Part shown: positions 1-18,280 of the stretch, piece after piece
How positions within the stretch are numbered: position 1 is the stretch's first letter
Layout: each line of letters begins with the position of its first letter
Source: Auanema rhodensis
Lineage: Eukaryota; Animalia; Nematoda
NCBI GenBank assembly: GCA_964057225.1
Contig: OZ059897.1
Coordinates: 14,694,001-14,758,000, forward strand
DNA length: 64,000 nucleotides
Direction: 5' to 3'
Translations under genes and position numbers: made by a program
The notes under the pieces: generated by a model
Databases searched by the model: none
Seen by the model: only the letters and a program-made list of their open reading frames with translations
What the model was told of the DNA's origin: nothing

Positions 1-592
1 TGTAGTAAACATTGCTCAAAGCTTGGAATGGAAGTGGGAAGTTATCAATCATTGTAGCCAAATTTTTCTGAATTGAAATGAAATTTAGAAAAATTGTGAA
101 TGAAAGAAAATGAGAGAGAGGAGAAAGGTTAAACTAATTATAAAATAAGAAAATATACCTGGAACACACCAATCCATCTAACAACTTGATTAATAATACG
201 CATGACTCTTACAAATTCATCCCATCCACTTCGTCTTTGTATTCTTACATCATGAAATATCTGAAATTATGGGGGATTTTAAAAAATATTTCATTTAGCT
301 TGTATTCACCTCATTTTCAGTTTTTTCTAACTCAGCTCTATCACGAGCTAAATCAACAGTATCGGCAATCTATAAAATGTCTTATAGTATATAATATTTT
401 TTTAAATGAATAATACGTTTTTATGACAAAAAAAAAAGTTGAAAAACATACTCGTTGAAGTACTTTATCAGAAACAACATGTCGAAGCCCCTCACGTTCC
501 AAAATTCTATGATAAACACTCAATGGAACGGAGCAGTTAATAACATGGGCCAGTGATAGAAAGCCGATAGATATAATCAAAAATTGATTCAT
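1..592 (-). CDS. Secreted prepro-protein of unknown family (3' end runs off the window)
   Basis: Exons 592-452, 369-310, 260-159 and 67-<1 are joined by phase-0 GT-AG introns. Translation: MNQFLIISIGFLSLAHVINCSVPLSVYHRILEREGLRHVVSDKVLQR|IADTVDLARDRAELEKTENE|IFHDVRIQRRSGWDEFVRVMRIINQVVRWIGVFQ|KNLATMIDNFPLPFQALSNVYY... It has a hydrophobic signal peptide and an RIQRR convertase-like site. Confidence 0.75.
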
Positions 593-2090
593 CAAGAAAA
601 TATATTTGATGAAAAATTGAAAATAAAACTTCTTCCTAAAAAAAGATTTGTATATCTTAAAGAAGTATACAAAGTAAAGAATAAGAATGATAAAAGAGTA
701 TTTAATGTATATAATGAATCAAAGAAGGAGGAGATGCGATATATGTTGCAGTTCCTGAATCATTAGAGAGGAGATGAAGGAAAAATACAAAAAACTGGTA
801 TTCAGATACTTCATCAAGCTTTTGCAGTAATAAACGCTCGGGTCAGAAGATCTTCATCAGTTTCTTGATGTTGTTCATATTAGTGTCTAGTGGTAATGGA
901 CGTTGTTGTCAGACGCATAGTTAGATAAGAAGGATACAACATCTAATAGTTGTTGTCTACAATGTGGATGAGACCGGAGATGTAAGTAACTGCTCTTATG
1001 ATAACTTAAAGCAATAAATCTTATTCTGTCTATATCAATAAATTAATTGGACAAGAGTTTTGATGTCTATAAGGTATTGAACATTTCAAAAATTAGTTGA
1101 TGAATACATATAACATCATGTTCTAAGTTATGCCAAGATCAAAAGGATTACGAAATGCTGCTCGACTTATATTCGCAAGTTTGTAGATTCTTATCTGCCT
1201 TAATACTTGTCATTTACGTTGAAGCTTAAAACATTAAGACCACCCATACATACTTATCTCAACATCTTTTAAGATATTTCTCATCTCTTCTTTCTTCCTT
1301 TCTGTTCTTACCGATGTTTATAACGGTCATTACCATCTGGTTCCATCATTAGATACATGCATCATCATCTGTATGTACATATATGTCTGCCAGCATATAG
1401 CCTTATTCAATTAGTTGTAAGTAACATCAACTATAACTTGGATACATTAATGATAATTATAAATTTATTAATAGAATAAATATTATAGTTTATTAACTAT
1501 ATGTATGTTTCATAGTTTTTTAAAAATAAAATGGTTCATAGATATTATGATATTAATGACATTAACAAGTTGTCGAATACAATAAGTTATGCCGTTAATT
1601 TGATTTATGAAGATATTAATTAATGTTAAAACATTGGATATATGTATGTTGAACATGTAATTCATTGTACATATCGTTTTAAAAATAAACAAAAACGATA
1701 ACGATTTCCTGTTAATGTATAATGAATATCAATATAAATTAGTTGGATATTAGATGTTCTATATTATAAATTAAATATTATAAGATTTTATTTAATAATA
1801 ATAATACATTTAAGAGAAATAAAGATTAATAATTAGAGGTAATTGAATGGTATATATGTTTGTATGTATGTATATGTAAATCTACATACCATTATATTAA
1901 GATTAAAATATATTCCAAAATTATAAGAATATTTTTACAAGAAACAAACATACTTTTACATTATTCGTTAATATACAAGACAAATATAATAAAGCAAGAA
2001 GAAATGCTGGCAGTTACTTGTAATAATACAAAGATAAAAACAATTTTTTTTATTATTTCAGATCATGTTCAGTAATAAGTTGATTAAAGC

Positions 2091-5574
<3,484 letters not shown>

Positions 5575-5788
5575 TGTCTGAAAATTTAAAAAAAAATTTT
5601 AGTTAGTAGTTATGAAATAAAGATAAATTATAGATTATTATAATTATTTCATATAAAATATGTCGTAAAAGATAAGAAAAATGAAAATAAGAAAGTCACA
5701 TCTAGTTATGGATGTGTTATTCTTAACTGTTTTTACTTAACTATTTGACTAAGCATATTGTTCTTTTTCTTCTGCTCAATCTCTGCGG

Positions 5789-5839
5789 ACTCCGCCCACA
5801 CCTCTTGAGTTCATCCAATAATGGATAAGCTCCGCCCCC
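5789..5839 (-). promoter_or_regulatory. Paired GC boxes upstream of dmd-5
   Basis: CTCCGCCC (reverse complement GGGCGGAG, Sp/KLF-type) occurs twice ~40 bp apart, ~220-260 bp upstream of the ATG, in otherwise very AT-rich DNA. Confidence 0.45.
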
Positions 5840-8800
5840 ATATTTCAGAATTATCTATTAAAACATAATAATAATAGTAAATTATAAGATTATAATATAG
5901 TATATAATAATTAATAATCATAACTAAAATTATTTTATGTGAAAAAAAATGATAAAAAATTGAAAGTATAATTTAGAATAGCTGAAGCTGGATAAGGTTA
6001 GATGTTGTTGGTGTATGATCAAGGTAATATCATCTACACAAATGAAACACAAACAAAGATCTCAACTCAACATCATTCATTATAACCATATGTTATAGAA
6101 AGCTATAATATGGAATATCTATAGAATAGGTAAAGTTGCGTGATGAGGATGATCTGATTTGACAATAAAATGACCTTCTGAATACATTTGCATCTCTATT
6201 TCTTGCAGTCAATATATTGCATATAAGGTAACTATTAGCTCAAGATAGTTATATAGAAAAGAAGATAAAGCCTTTTCAATGTTATTTGATATTTATAGAA
6301 TGAACATTCTATTCTAAATATTGCTTATATAGTACATATATATACATACTTAATCAAATATTATTATTATTATGTATAAAATATAAAATTAACTTATAAA
6401 TTCAATTAAAAACTTTTTTTAAATTTTATATTTTTGGGAATATATGTATACTGTACTTACACACATATGTGTATGTACATACAGTAGACATCATAATATA
6501 TACTCTAGATATAAAGATATACAAGTATAAGTTAAACAAGATATTACATATAATACTTCGATACTAACAATAATATTCATGATTTCTTATATTATATCAC
6601 AATAATCATGCAGCAAAAAATGGGAATTTTATAACTATGTATGTATTACATATGTACCGTATATCAATACGAATGTATGACGGATATGAAGATAGAGATG
6701 GCTAATCTAGCATTGAGCATAGGAAAACAGCTTCAAAATCTTGAATGATGATCTAAATTGTTTATAATACGAAGATATATGTATGTATATTATTATATAT
6801 CTATATATGAAATTGAGAAACTCATTTTATACCTCTTAGACATATAGCTAAAGGAGAGTTTTTACTGATTTTTTAGAAATATAATGTGCATCAACAATTT
6901 ATTTTAAGTAGTAAAAACAGTTATTGGCAATGATTTTTATTAAAAAATCTACTTATCTCTACATCCCTTTTCTTTACTTCTCTCACTTTTATTCTATCTA
7001 TACTTAAAGCTTATTTCATAATTTTTGCCTAGAAAGCAATTGAAAAGTCATTTTGAAGATTTTGGATATAGTAGGCTTCATATACTTTCATGAAGATCAC
7101 AAATATTTCATATTATTATTCCTCTCAGATGGCAAGCTCAAGTAGTTGAAGTTATATCAACTTGACAATGTTCAAGAGAATCTTTGAGAATTGAAATTTT
7201 CACGAAAATATTGAAACGATCAAATTTTTACTGTGAGTTGTCATCATGTTAAGATATTTGAAACTTTCGATGTTTTATAAGTTATTTGAATCATATAGTT
7301 AAGGGGGAAATTCAATTATTTTATTTAAATAATAAGAATTAATGAATCAAATAATATTAATAATAGAATAACATAGAATATATTGTAATCTATATTTATC
7401 TGTTATATTTTCCGGTACTTATACATCAATATTCCCAGATTCTCATGTCCTAATATAGTTTACAAGTATCCGGTGTTAAGAAGGTGTCAACAAACTCTTT
7501 TGAATCTGCGACATCTAAATAAACAAAACAAGTTTGTTTATATAAATCATCAAGTAGATTAGTACTTGACAAATTAACTTTTTTTGTTGCTTATTATACC
7601 GGAAATTGTTTTTTTTTTTCATATTATTATATCTAATATATATTATATCAATGTTTAATATAATCTTTTATACTTATACAGTATCTCTTAAGATTCAATA
7701 TGAACACATAAAAAATGTATTTTGTAGTCTTTGACTTTATTTATTATATTATATAATATATTTTTAATATTTTCCATAAAGTTTACTCAAGTACAAAAGA
7801 AAATGTGCATTTTCATTCCGACGATACATCTAGACACATATACATATGTATAAAGTTTTTTTTTCAAATAAATATCTTTTAATAATTACAATAATCATTT
7901 AATAATTAATAGGTTTTAAAGTTTTATTGAGAATATTGCAAACATTTTCATTTTTTAATAATTTACACGGTTACAAATTGTTTTCATTTGAAGCATAAAT
8001 TCCAAAAAAAAGCGGTTGTATTCGAAATATACTTTAATATTTTTTATTATTTCATTTGTTTTGCTCATATAATAATTATTTATTTTATTCTATATTTAAT
8101 ATATATGTATATTTTATAAAAGTATTTTTAATTTATTTAATATTATTATTATAGTATTCTTCATTTAATTCGTTTTTTAAAGAAAAAATCAATTATTTAT
8201 ACATTTATTTAATATTTTGATATTATTCTTTTGCTTATACATGTTACTATTTTGACTTTGTAACTTTTTTTTCAATACGTATGGCCTGTTTCTCTCTGCC
8301 TGTTACTAACCTGCTCAACAATCTCAACCATGTCAGTCACTGACAGGAAAAAATACATGAAACTCATGTTTATGTATTCCCTTGGAATATGTCTCGTTCC
8401 GTTCTGTCTGGTTGACAATCCTTCTTTCGGTTCACAACTGACCTCATTTAGGCTGGAATTTGTTGAACGGTGACGCTATCTGTCTCTCGTCAGGCAGCAT
8501 CTAGAAACCTCCTAGTCCTCTATACCTTTCCTCTCTTCTCTCTTTTCTTTTTTTCTCAACATGGCTCTCTTATGATTTTCTTTCTATTTTTCTTCATATG
8601 TCTACTCCTTTGTGATTATCCGACATAGTTACCGAATATGAAATATTCACACATAGTATTGGAAGAATTATAATGAGCACATGATATTTCAAAGTTTATT
8701 TTGAATCTTACTTCTCAAATTCGGAAGCTTTGCCGTTCGAATATCATTAGATGATTAGTTTTCGATGTTATTTAACACATATGTTGTTTAAACATGAGAA

Positions 8801-11800
8801 GGTTATTGAAAGTAGGGAGGCACATACACTCATTCGAACTCGTGGCGCATATATCATCGCATTTCAAAATTCATTTTACATCAGCAATTATCCTAACTTG
8901 GTTAGAAAAAATTTTATAAACTTCTATGGATTTTATCCAGTTAGCTTAGCTTTTCTGAAGGTTTGACCTCTTTATCCGTTTCAGACCTGGCTTTTAATCT
9001 CTCATTTGTACTGCGCATTCGCTTTTTCTTAAAGACCGAACAACCTAAAAGCTAACCAAAACCATAATAACTGAACCTGACAACTAATGATTTGGATCTG
9101 GTAGAATCCGTTCTTTTCTTCTTATTTTTCACTTTTTTTATCGTAATCTCTTACAAAATCGTTCCTTCCTGGTTGATAGTTGTTACTGTTATCGTTTAGT
9201 AGTCATGCTTGTCATGGACGTTGTCAACGTCGTTGACGTCGCCAGCGTTGTCATTTCTTCTTGAATTCCCTTTGCCTACAATCTTTCCAGAAAAACCAGA
9301 TAACCGTATAATCTCTTTACTCTTGATATAAATGCTTAGATCTTTATCCTTTCTGCTTTTTTTTCCGCCGCATTTTATTTTCATCCCGCTTATCATGTAT
9401 TCAGATTTCCATCCCCCTAAAGTTGACTAACAGCAATTGTTATATAAACAATGAATGAAGGTTGATTGTTTCATTATACAGTTATGGCAGATTTTTTAAA
9501 AATTTAATAGTTTATATTTATTATAATTAGCATAATATTAATCAACTTTAAGTACGAAATTTCTTTTTTTTTCAATCAATAATGTCACATAAACATTTAT
9601 AGTCGTTTGGTGGGTGCAAAACATTAACATTTCATTTTGCATAGAATGCCGTAATGAGCGGTCGGTTGTGAGTTTTCGCTATATCCTGCTCTCTTTCTCC
9701 CTCATCTTCGAATCCTTAAGCTTAGGGCTTTAGCCAATTAGCATTTTAAAGGTCAGAACCTCATCCCCTCTCTTTTGACGACTTCCGTCCAGCTTGAGGA
9801 TGTCCCTATCATCGTTTCATTCGTCGATTCTAATTCGCGTTTAAGCTTTATTTTATTTTGAATCTTATTTAGATTATATATTATGATATAGAATAGAAAA
9901 AAAGAGAATATACATATACATAGGTGTATGATGATCCACATACGGTATTACATGACATTTTCCTGTCTAATATATAATACTAAATAGAGATGTTTAGTAT
10001 TAGAAGTAGAAGATGTGGTTTTGGAGAAAGGAAACGACTATTCTCTATCTCTCTGCCTATTTCAATCTCTATCTCTCTTTCTCTTTTTTCTCTTTATCTC
10101 TTTCACTAAGTATATATCGGTCTATCTCTTCTTCAGAAATGGCTTTATCTCTTTTCTGCTTTTCCTCGTCTATTTCCATTCCTGTGGCCGTTTTCCGACG
10201 ATATAAGTAGTTTTTGATTGTTTGTTATTCATACAAGTAGACGAGAAAGTATGAGAAATACACATACGAGCAAATCAAGACGATTCTGTTGGTATCGTTG
10301 TTATCATTGGTTCATCGTTTCTAATCAATGGTCTATTCATTGTGTTTCTCCGCATGATTATTCCATGAAATCCGTTGTTGGCGTTACCGTTCATTTCTTG
10401 TGTAGCAATGTGAAAACACGGTTAGAGGCTGCGCTTACATGCCTACATCTACGTGAGAACACCACGACTTGCATGACGCTGACGACCGGTCCCGAAACCG
10501 CGATCAGTTGCTTGCCCTGATAGAGAGGAGAAATAAGAGTGGAAAAGGGGGGTGGGCCGGACCGGGTGTTTGGAGTGACTACACCATCAGAGAGATGCAG
10601 CCCTTCGTTCGTTTCTAGCGTTACAGAAGCAACCATACTTCCATCAACACCACTTCCATATACAGCTAGTCGCCGTCCATTGGACGTTCAGCCGCTCTCT
10701 TATCTATTTCATACTCTTTCTCCCAATCTATCGTTTACTCTCCACCTCGCTCTGTCATCTCTATCTGTCCAATCTCTTTTTTCCTTTTCCCGGGTCCAAC
10801 ATACTAACCAGAACGCTGCACACCAGAAGCAGCAGCTTTCACGGCCACAGGAACCCTGTGTCAGTTATTCCTCGACATGTTCTGAGATTTACAAGTTGTT
10901 TAACAAACTGGGACTTCCGGCTCTTCTATCTTCTATTTTCTTATAATATTTATAGTGTCCAGTCGATTAATTGTCGTTTATCTTCAGAGCTCTTACATGT
11001 AGTTTGATGAGTTTTTTCAAGAATTTGTAAACTTGAAATGAAGCTTATAATTTCTTTACTAGATCACTTTGTTAACCTTTGAGACAATTACTAACTAATC
11101 TAATTGAAAGATATACGTGCATGTAGTTAAAGAATTTTAGTTAAAATTAATAATATTATTGCTTTCTTCTTGAAAATATGGCACTCATTTTCTTTTTTCC
11201 TTATCGTTTTTTAATGAAAAAAATATATTTATATATATATATATATATAACTTCTTTATCTATTTCTTAGTATTAGAATAACTTAAAAGCTACTTTTTCT
11301 TATTGTACTACTTCTACTTCTTCGTCAACATATTGTCTATAATTAATATACCGGTTCAGTATATTCAAGAATATGATGATGACGACATTTTGTCTTAATC
11401 AGCATCATCACACTTCCTTTCTTCTTTCCTTCCTTCCTTTCGCATCAAATCATATAATGACGACAAAAAAATAATCAAAATTATTATTTTTATTCATAAA
11501 TTGGTCTCAAAAAGCAATGTAGTGTATATCCATATTACAAGCAAATTAGGCACAGTATCTGATTCGTCTATGAGCTCAAATACTTCCTTACTTAAATATA
11601 AATTGATAGTATGATTTTATTAATTATATATTTATTTATTTTAATTATAATAAATATTCAAATATATAAATTAATAATATCATAGCATTCAATCTATAGG
11701 GTATTTTCTTGTCTATCAGTTACCTAGGATCTAATACAAAAAGTCAGATCTTAAATCAATCTTGTCCATTCATCTCACATGCATACCAATCTCTTTATCG

Positions 11801-12757
11801 TTTGAATGAGTTTCACTGATCCAATAATATTTAATTTGTAATCTACTTTCATACCTTATATTTTGAAAAAAATTTAAAACTTATATACTTTTCTTAGCTC
11901 TTCAATGGCAAAAACTCTATCACTATTTGGAGGTTTCTGAAATATTTACTAATTTCAGTCCTGTTATAAACGTCGTCATCTATAAGACGAAGTTTGAAGA
12001 AGGCGATGCCAAGTTTATCCGGTTGATCGAGCGGTGGAGCCAAGCGGATGTCCGGCTAAGACGGCTAGCCTTTCCGGACTTAACTCTCCGGTCTTTCTGC
12101 TTCACTTTCTTTTCCTCTAACTCACTCACTTTTTTACATTTTGAGTTCACAGAGATACATATATTCTCTGGAGCACTAGCCAATCCCGCCATGCAAAAGG
12201 GAGAGGGGGATGAGGGTAGAAGACAGTGAGAGAGAGAGACTCTTCGAGTAACAGGATCGATTCTATAGTGGAACCCGGAACATTAGGGCAACTTCATCAA
12301 CAACGTGGTCTTCTCGGATGTGCTCGTTCGATGGCTCCAACACGCCAGCATCATCACTAGCGTCGTTGGCACATCTATGATGAGAGAAGAGGAAGCAAGT
12401 GATGATGGCAAGCAAGGATGATGCTTCACATCGAATTCTGCAGAAACACACGATGATGAAGAAATGAAATTGTTGACGAGAATTCACGCCGATCATCGCG
12501 GATGATTTTTAACGAAGGGCCGAAGTACACAACAAAAAAGCTTGTTACGTAACAAGTCTTATCGGGAGTCAGAATATTCTGACATAGTTGTATACTAATG
12601 TTCAACTGTGAAATCTTGAAGGGTAATGGACCGAAAACTTGGAAATAATAGTAGCGATTACCACATACAGGAATAGGTATTTGTATGTTCATATCAGCTA
12701 TACCGTTCGCTCATCATTATCGGATCATGATTCTACTAATCAGACGCTGAACACATC

Positions 12758-12880
12758 CTCTCTCTCTATCTCTTTCCCTCCTCTCACTCCCTCCTCCTCT
12801 CTCTCTCCCTCTATCTCTCTCTATCTCTCTCTATCTCTTTCTCTCACACTCTCTCTTTCTCTCTCTCTCTTTCTTCCTTC
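12758..12880. repeat. Imperfect (CT)n polypyrimidine tract
   Basis: About 120 bp of almost pure C/T on the + strand. Confidence 0.85.
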
Positions 12881-13531
12881 ACCTAGTGTATTCATCAACT
12901 TCTTTTTTATCGTTGATGTATTCTATAGTTACCGAACTTTTCTGTTTTCTTTAATATTGTCATTCTTATTGCTTTCAGTCTTTCAATCGTTCTATCTCCG
13001 TCTTTCCGTGGTCCTTTTCCGATACGGCCCAGTTCAGCGGATGAACCGACCGGAAACGGGTCCCTCGTTGAGCTCTGCCCTCCATCCTCTGTACCCCTTC
13101 TCTTTTTCTCTCTCTCTCTCTCAATTTGTCTTTCTCATCGTCCCTGTTTGAGTCAGTACATTTTTCTTCTCTCTCTATTCTCTCTTTTGCATCTCACTTT
13201 GCTGTGCAGTAATACTGGCTACTAGCACATACAATTTCGTTTCGATTTAGTCTATTTAACTTTCATTTTTGCCAAATTGGTCTTCCAAGTTTTTAAAAAT
13301 TTTCGTCATTTGCCCATGAATTATGCTTTTCAAAAATCGCAATGAAATGTTTGGAGCCGAATTGAGCCTTACACTTAAGGTTATTCAAGAATTTCTAAAA
13401 TTTAAATTCTAATCCAATTGAAAATTTTCGATTTCGAAGAACAGGTCTTAACTCGAACTGGTATCACCTCAACGGGGGAGAGGTTACAAGAAATGGTTAT
13501 CCCTCGGAATATCTTATTGAATAAGGCTCTA

Positions 13532-13637
<106 letters not shown>

Positions 13638-16175
13638 ATCTAATCTGCTTTCTCTCGTTCTCCCTCTATACCATACTTTCTCTTCTAATATCTTTCTCTT
13701 CTTATCCTTATTGTATGGTCTATTTTCCCCTTCTGACTGTCAGAGAGCCTTTTCTGGACCTTTATTCGTCCGCCACACCCGCGTGTCCCATAAATTCCTG
13801 GCCTAGATCCTGATCTATCCGGATACGGAAACCGGACCTATACCGAGGCCGTGATGATGTTGTACGGTCGATGCGCCTATACATTCATTTGCCTCTTGTT
13901 CCCCACGATTCTACGGAAAAAACGTCACATTTGCTTTTTTTCGTTTCAGATTTACATTTTTTCCATATTTTCTTGTACATTTCAGCTCATTTTTTAAACT
14001 TTGTTTGTTTTTTTGTCATTCTAACGCTCCCCATAGTTATTTTATAAACCAAATATTTTGAAGATAGACGAAGTTGAATTAACTTGTAATGATAAAACTA
14101 CAAGTAAATGGATAATAGTCAACAACTATGTACATACATTCATCTGTATGTTATCGTCATTGCCGCCATCGTTGTCTAGCTCAGAAACAGCCATGCATCA
14201 CTAACCAGCTGATATAGTATATTGAAGTCTGGATGTCGATGTGTGAAAAATCTGCTGTTTGTCTCCTTCCATAATGTTGATATGGGTTGTTCTGTATTCC
14301 TCTGTTCGTCGCCATCGTCGTCTTCTTCATCATCTCCTCATCATCACACTAATCAACTTTTTCGTCTCTTCTTTGACTTAAATATCTGCTGATGTTGCTT
14401 CTGCGATGTCTGTCTATCAAAGCCTTATATGTGTATCTAAATGGAAATCTCTTTTTTCTATATCGTTACAGTCTCTCTCTCTCTCTCACTTTATACTCTG
14501 TATCCTCCTCCACGTCTCTCATCCTTTCATCTTCACATTTTCCTGTAGAATGAGGAGCGATCTGAACGGAAACCCGTTTAAAAATAGCGCAGACACGCGG
14601 CGGGGCCATCGCCGCCTCTCCGTCCGGTCGTCGTCATGTCAGACTCTTCAAGAGAGAAATTATACTCCACACCGGAGACTGCAGATGGTCTACGATTACG
14701 AGGTAGCGTTAGTCCGATGGAGAATACGAAAGACACGGCAACAGACTAACCGGAATTCGAGGATTGTCATCGTCGTAGAGTAGTTGACGTTGGCGATGGC
14801 GATGGCGGTGAAGACGGACGAGACAACGATGTCGTCGGCCATCATTACTACCACAACTTCCATGACAACCAAGTGTCGGGGTCAGGTCTAACTGAAGACG
14901 TGCCCAAGCTAAAGAATTTTATGTTTTTGCTAGTTTTGCTGTTCTATTCGCCAACTAGTTGAAGCTTTATTCAGATACAATACTTAAGACGGTCACGTTT
15001 CCACGTTATAGATTTGAAAAGTATTTCTATAATAGCTTATTATGGTTTATATTTGCAAAATTGTTTTCTTTCTTCCTTTAATCTTTCTACTTTTTAAACT
15101 TGAACATCGAGCATTACAAACGGGCACGCCGGTTACGGTCTCTCGACGTCATTTCTGCCTGTCAGTGTCCGATTATCAGCATTCCGGGAATACAATCGAT
15201 TGAAATGTGCCTAGTATTTTAGATAATCTATTGGTATTATCTTTAGATAATGTATTCACCAATATATCTTTCTTTACAAAATAATTAGCAAAATCTTGTT
15301 TTGTTTTACCCTTTTTGGTTATTTACGATATGAAAATCTTACAGTGATCCTCGTGATATTTGCCATCTCCGTGGGTTCTCTATCAGAGTATAAAAAGTCG
15401 CATTGTTCTGTGATAAATCTAATTCTAATAACATGGCTCTAACAATTTTTTTAAACTATTAATTCTAAAAATGGAACATTTTCAACACAATATCTTCATT
15501 AACGATTTATGAGTCTTATTACAATAGTAATAACCCATAATGACGACAGACAATATTCTCCCATATCTGCCATTTCGAAAGAATTTCAATATCGGAAGAC
15601 CTACTACTACAGAAACCTGATGTCAACATCATGCTCCTGAGGAAGTTCCGTATGCACATTTCCTAGACAGCCATTAGCCGGACGGAACATATCCGGCAAA
15701 TATATTTCGCTTCTTCATTAGTATTTGTCGAGAAGCTGTACGACCGGTTAAAAGAAAAATTTTGAAGCTCTAATCTCATTGTTACTTCACATGATGACAA
15801 CTACAGCATTAAAAGTTTTTCACTTGTTTATATGATTGTTGATGCATATAGCCAATACCGTCGACGAATTGAAACGTCATATTCATCATCTGATCACATT
15901 GACAGTAGGCAATGGTAACGAAGAAGATGACGAAGGCGGCGCTGATGCCATTCTCTCGTAATATTGTTGTGACGCCTGTTTTCGACAAACTCCGAAAGTG
16001 TCTCTTCCACCACTAACCTCGTCTGTTGCCGTCTTCAGAATCGTTTTCCGATTTCCTATTTTCTTTTGTAAGATGTACACAACTACTCCTCTTTGGTTCA
16101 TATATAGTATGTATACATCAACTGTTAGTCTCATCAGAAAAATCATTCCTTCTTTTCTCATTTTAATGGCATATT

Positions 16176-16186
16176 TCTCCCCCCCC

Positions 16187-16248
<62 letters not shown>

Positions 16249-16260
16249 TTCCTTCTCTTC
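16176..16260. repeat. Poly-C run followed by imperfect (CT)n microsatellite
   Basis: C9 run, then CT repeats with occasional CTAT. Confidence 0.9.
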
Positions 16261-18280
16261 TTTTAGTTTTCTTCAAGATCTCACACACATATACACAACT
16301 AGTTTCCTTTATGCATTTATTTTGATTACTCCTTCTGGTCACAAAGGATTTTCATCAGCGGATGAAATAAATCCATATTTCAAACCTTTAGGAAAAAATA
16401 ATATTGACTTAACAGTAAAAAGCAACACCAGTTGATAAATTTTCTACTTTTATGCATAATATTAATCATTGATATCAAAATTCGGATTTCATGAAGTTTT
16501 TTTTAACTTTCCGTTTGTCTAAGAAACGAACAATCCATCATGACTAAACGCTACAAACCATGGTGTTCCCTTATCGTTCAACCCTGTCCAACCAATGTTT
16601 CCGGTAATTCCGTATTCGGAACAGGTCTTTCTTAGATGCTAACTAACAATCGCTTAACCAGAATATTAAATACAACTAAGAAAAAAAAGAGGTCACAAAC
16701 AGTCATTAATGGGAACAAAAGTCATCTAATCCATTAAAAAATATTTTTAACTCCTAAGTAAATCTATACCTTAGAATTTCTTCGAATAATAATAAATATA
16801 CTATTGAATACTATATATATTCCTAATTTACTAAATTAAAATTAATACAAATAATAAATAATCAATAATGCTAATTTTTTTTTTTTAATATTTTGTTTAT
16901 AATTTCTAAGTAGTCTTAAAGCGATTTATATTATGAAAAGTGTGAAGATCACTGCAACCGTTTTGTTAATCGATTTTTCCGTCTCCGTTCCGTACGGGTG
17001 ATTGCTGATCAACTTGTAAAATGGCTTCATCATGACTTGACAACACTGTCAGCCAGTTCAGTTCTTTTTCGGTGTTCAAAAATCCGATCCGATCAACGCG
17101 TTTTCATATTTTGTATCCGAAGTTCTCGCATTTCATCTGCTTCAACCCTATATGTAGAAAATTTCTTAATCTCTTTTTTACAATTTCTGAGTAAAAATAT
17201 TAAAAAATATATATTATTGCTTATATTTAACCAATTAATGATAGCATGAACTAGCACCACTGACCCTCTAGTGGATCTTGCACCTAAATTTTCCGGTATT
17301 GGCAACCTATTGTTCAAGCATTTTTCGTTCTTGTTCTGGATCTGACTTATCATTGTTGTTTTTTAATATGAAATCAGAACTAAAGACTTTTTTGAATCGC
17401 TAATGCTCGTTCGCATTTTTTCTTTTTAGAAAATTTTCATGATTTTCCGACTCCTGATTGGGCCATTTTGTTAGTTCATTCTCCAGAATAAGTTGGCGGG
17501 CGGTAGGCGGCCCGTTGTTCAGAGAACATTTTGGATCTGTCCGTTTCTAGCCAATTGTCTCCCCTCGAGGCCTTCTGGCTTCTTGTTTCCTCGGGAGCCT
17601 CACCAGCAACAAACAATCCGGCATCTCTCATTTGATCTTTATGTCCCGTTTTTACGTTTACACGTGTCAAACATGTAAATTACTCTTAAAGTTTAAATAG
17701 TTGATAAATTTTTTTTCAAAAATAAATCTGCTTTTATCATTTTCACTTAATACTTCTTAAATGGTTAGCTTAATCGAATACTTTTCATTTCCAATTGTTA
17801 TTTCCGACTAATCATTGGTGCTTATATGACAAGATAGTTGACATATGAGCTATTGATTAAGTTTGCAGTTAGACTTTTTCATATTGATCATAATTCTTTT
17901 TACGTCTTTGAACTTTTATTTTTAATTTTAAGCACCAAACTACATAGTGGTTCTCAATGAATTTGTTGTTTCATTTTTTCCTGACTTCATACCTGTGCAG
18001 GAAATTGTTACGTAAATCTGGTGCTAACTCTCGCGCTAGTTAATAGAAAAATCCGGATCAGATATCCGTTTCTGGTTTAAGCATGTTTAGCGTCTCTCTC
18101 TCTATACCGATTCTTTTCAACATTAGCATATTGTTTTATCTGGTTTTGTACACCTATAGGATCCTTTCTCCATCTTTTGAGATTTTTCGTTTTTTTTATT
18201 CAAGCAAATTTCAATGATGCATACATACTATTTTCCAGTTTGCGACAAAGACTACGACGTGAATAGGCCACACGTACGTG

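Noticed and set aside
9713-9736. Telomere-like quasi-palindrome (CCTTAAGCTTAGGGCTTTAGCC) as a possible programmed DNA elimination site
   Set aside because: There is no TTAGGC array, and I cannot match it to a defined motif; it is compatible with chance.
11927-12560. Overlapping short ORFs on both strands in a GC-rich block
   Set aside because: No consistent splice structure or homology; treated as regulatory DNA.
14550-14783. ATG-initiated ORF right after a ctgtag acceptor in a GC-rich island, plus a 37-aa ORF in another frame
   Set aside because: There is no recognisable motif or joinable exon; GC richness explains the openness. It cannot be fully excluded without RNA or ribosome-profiling data.
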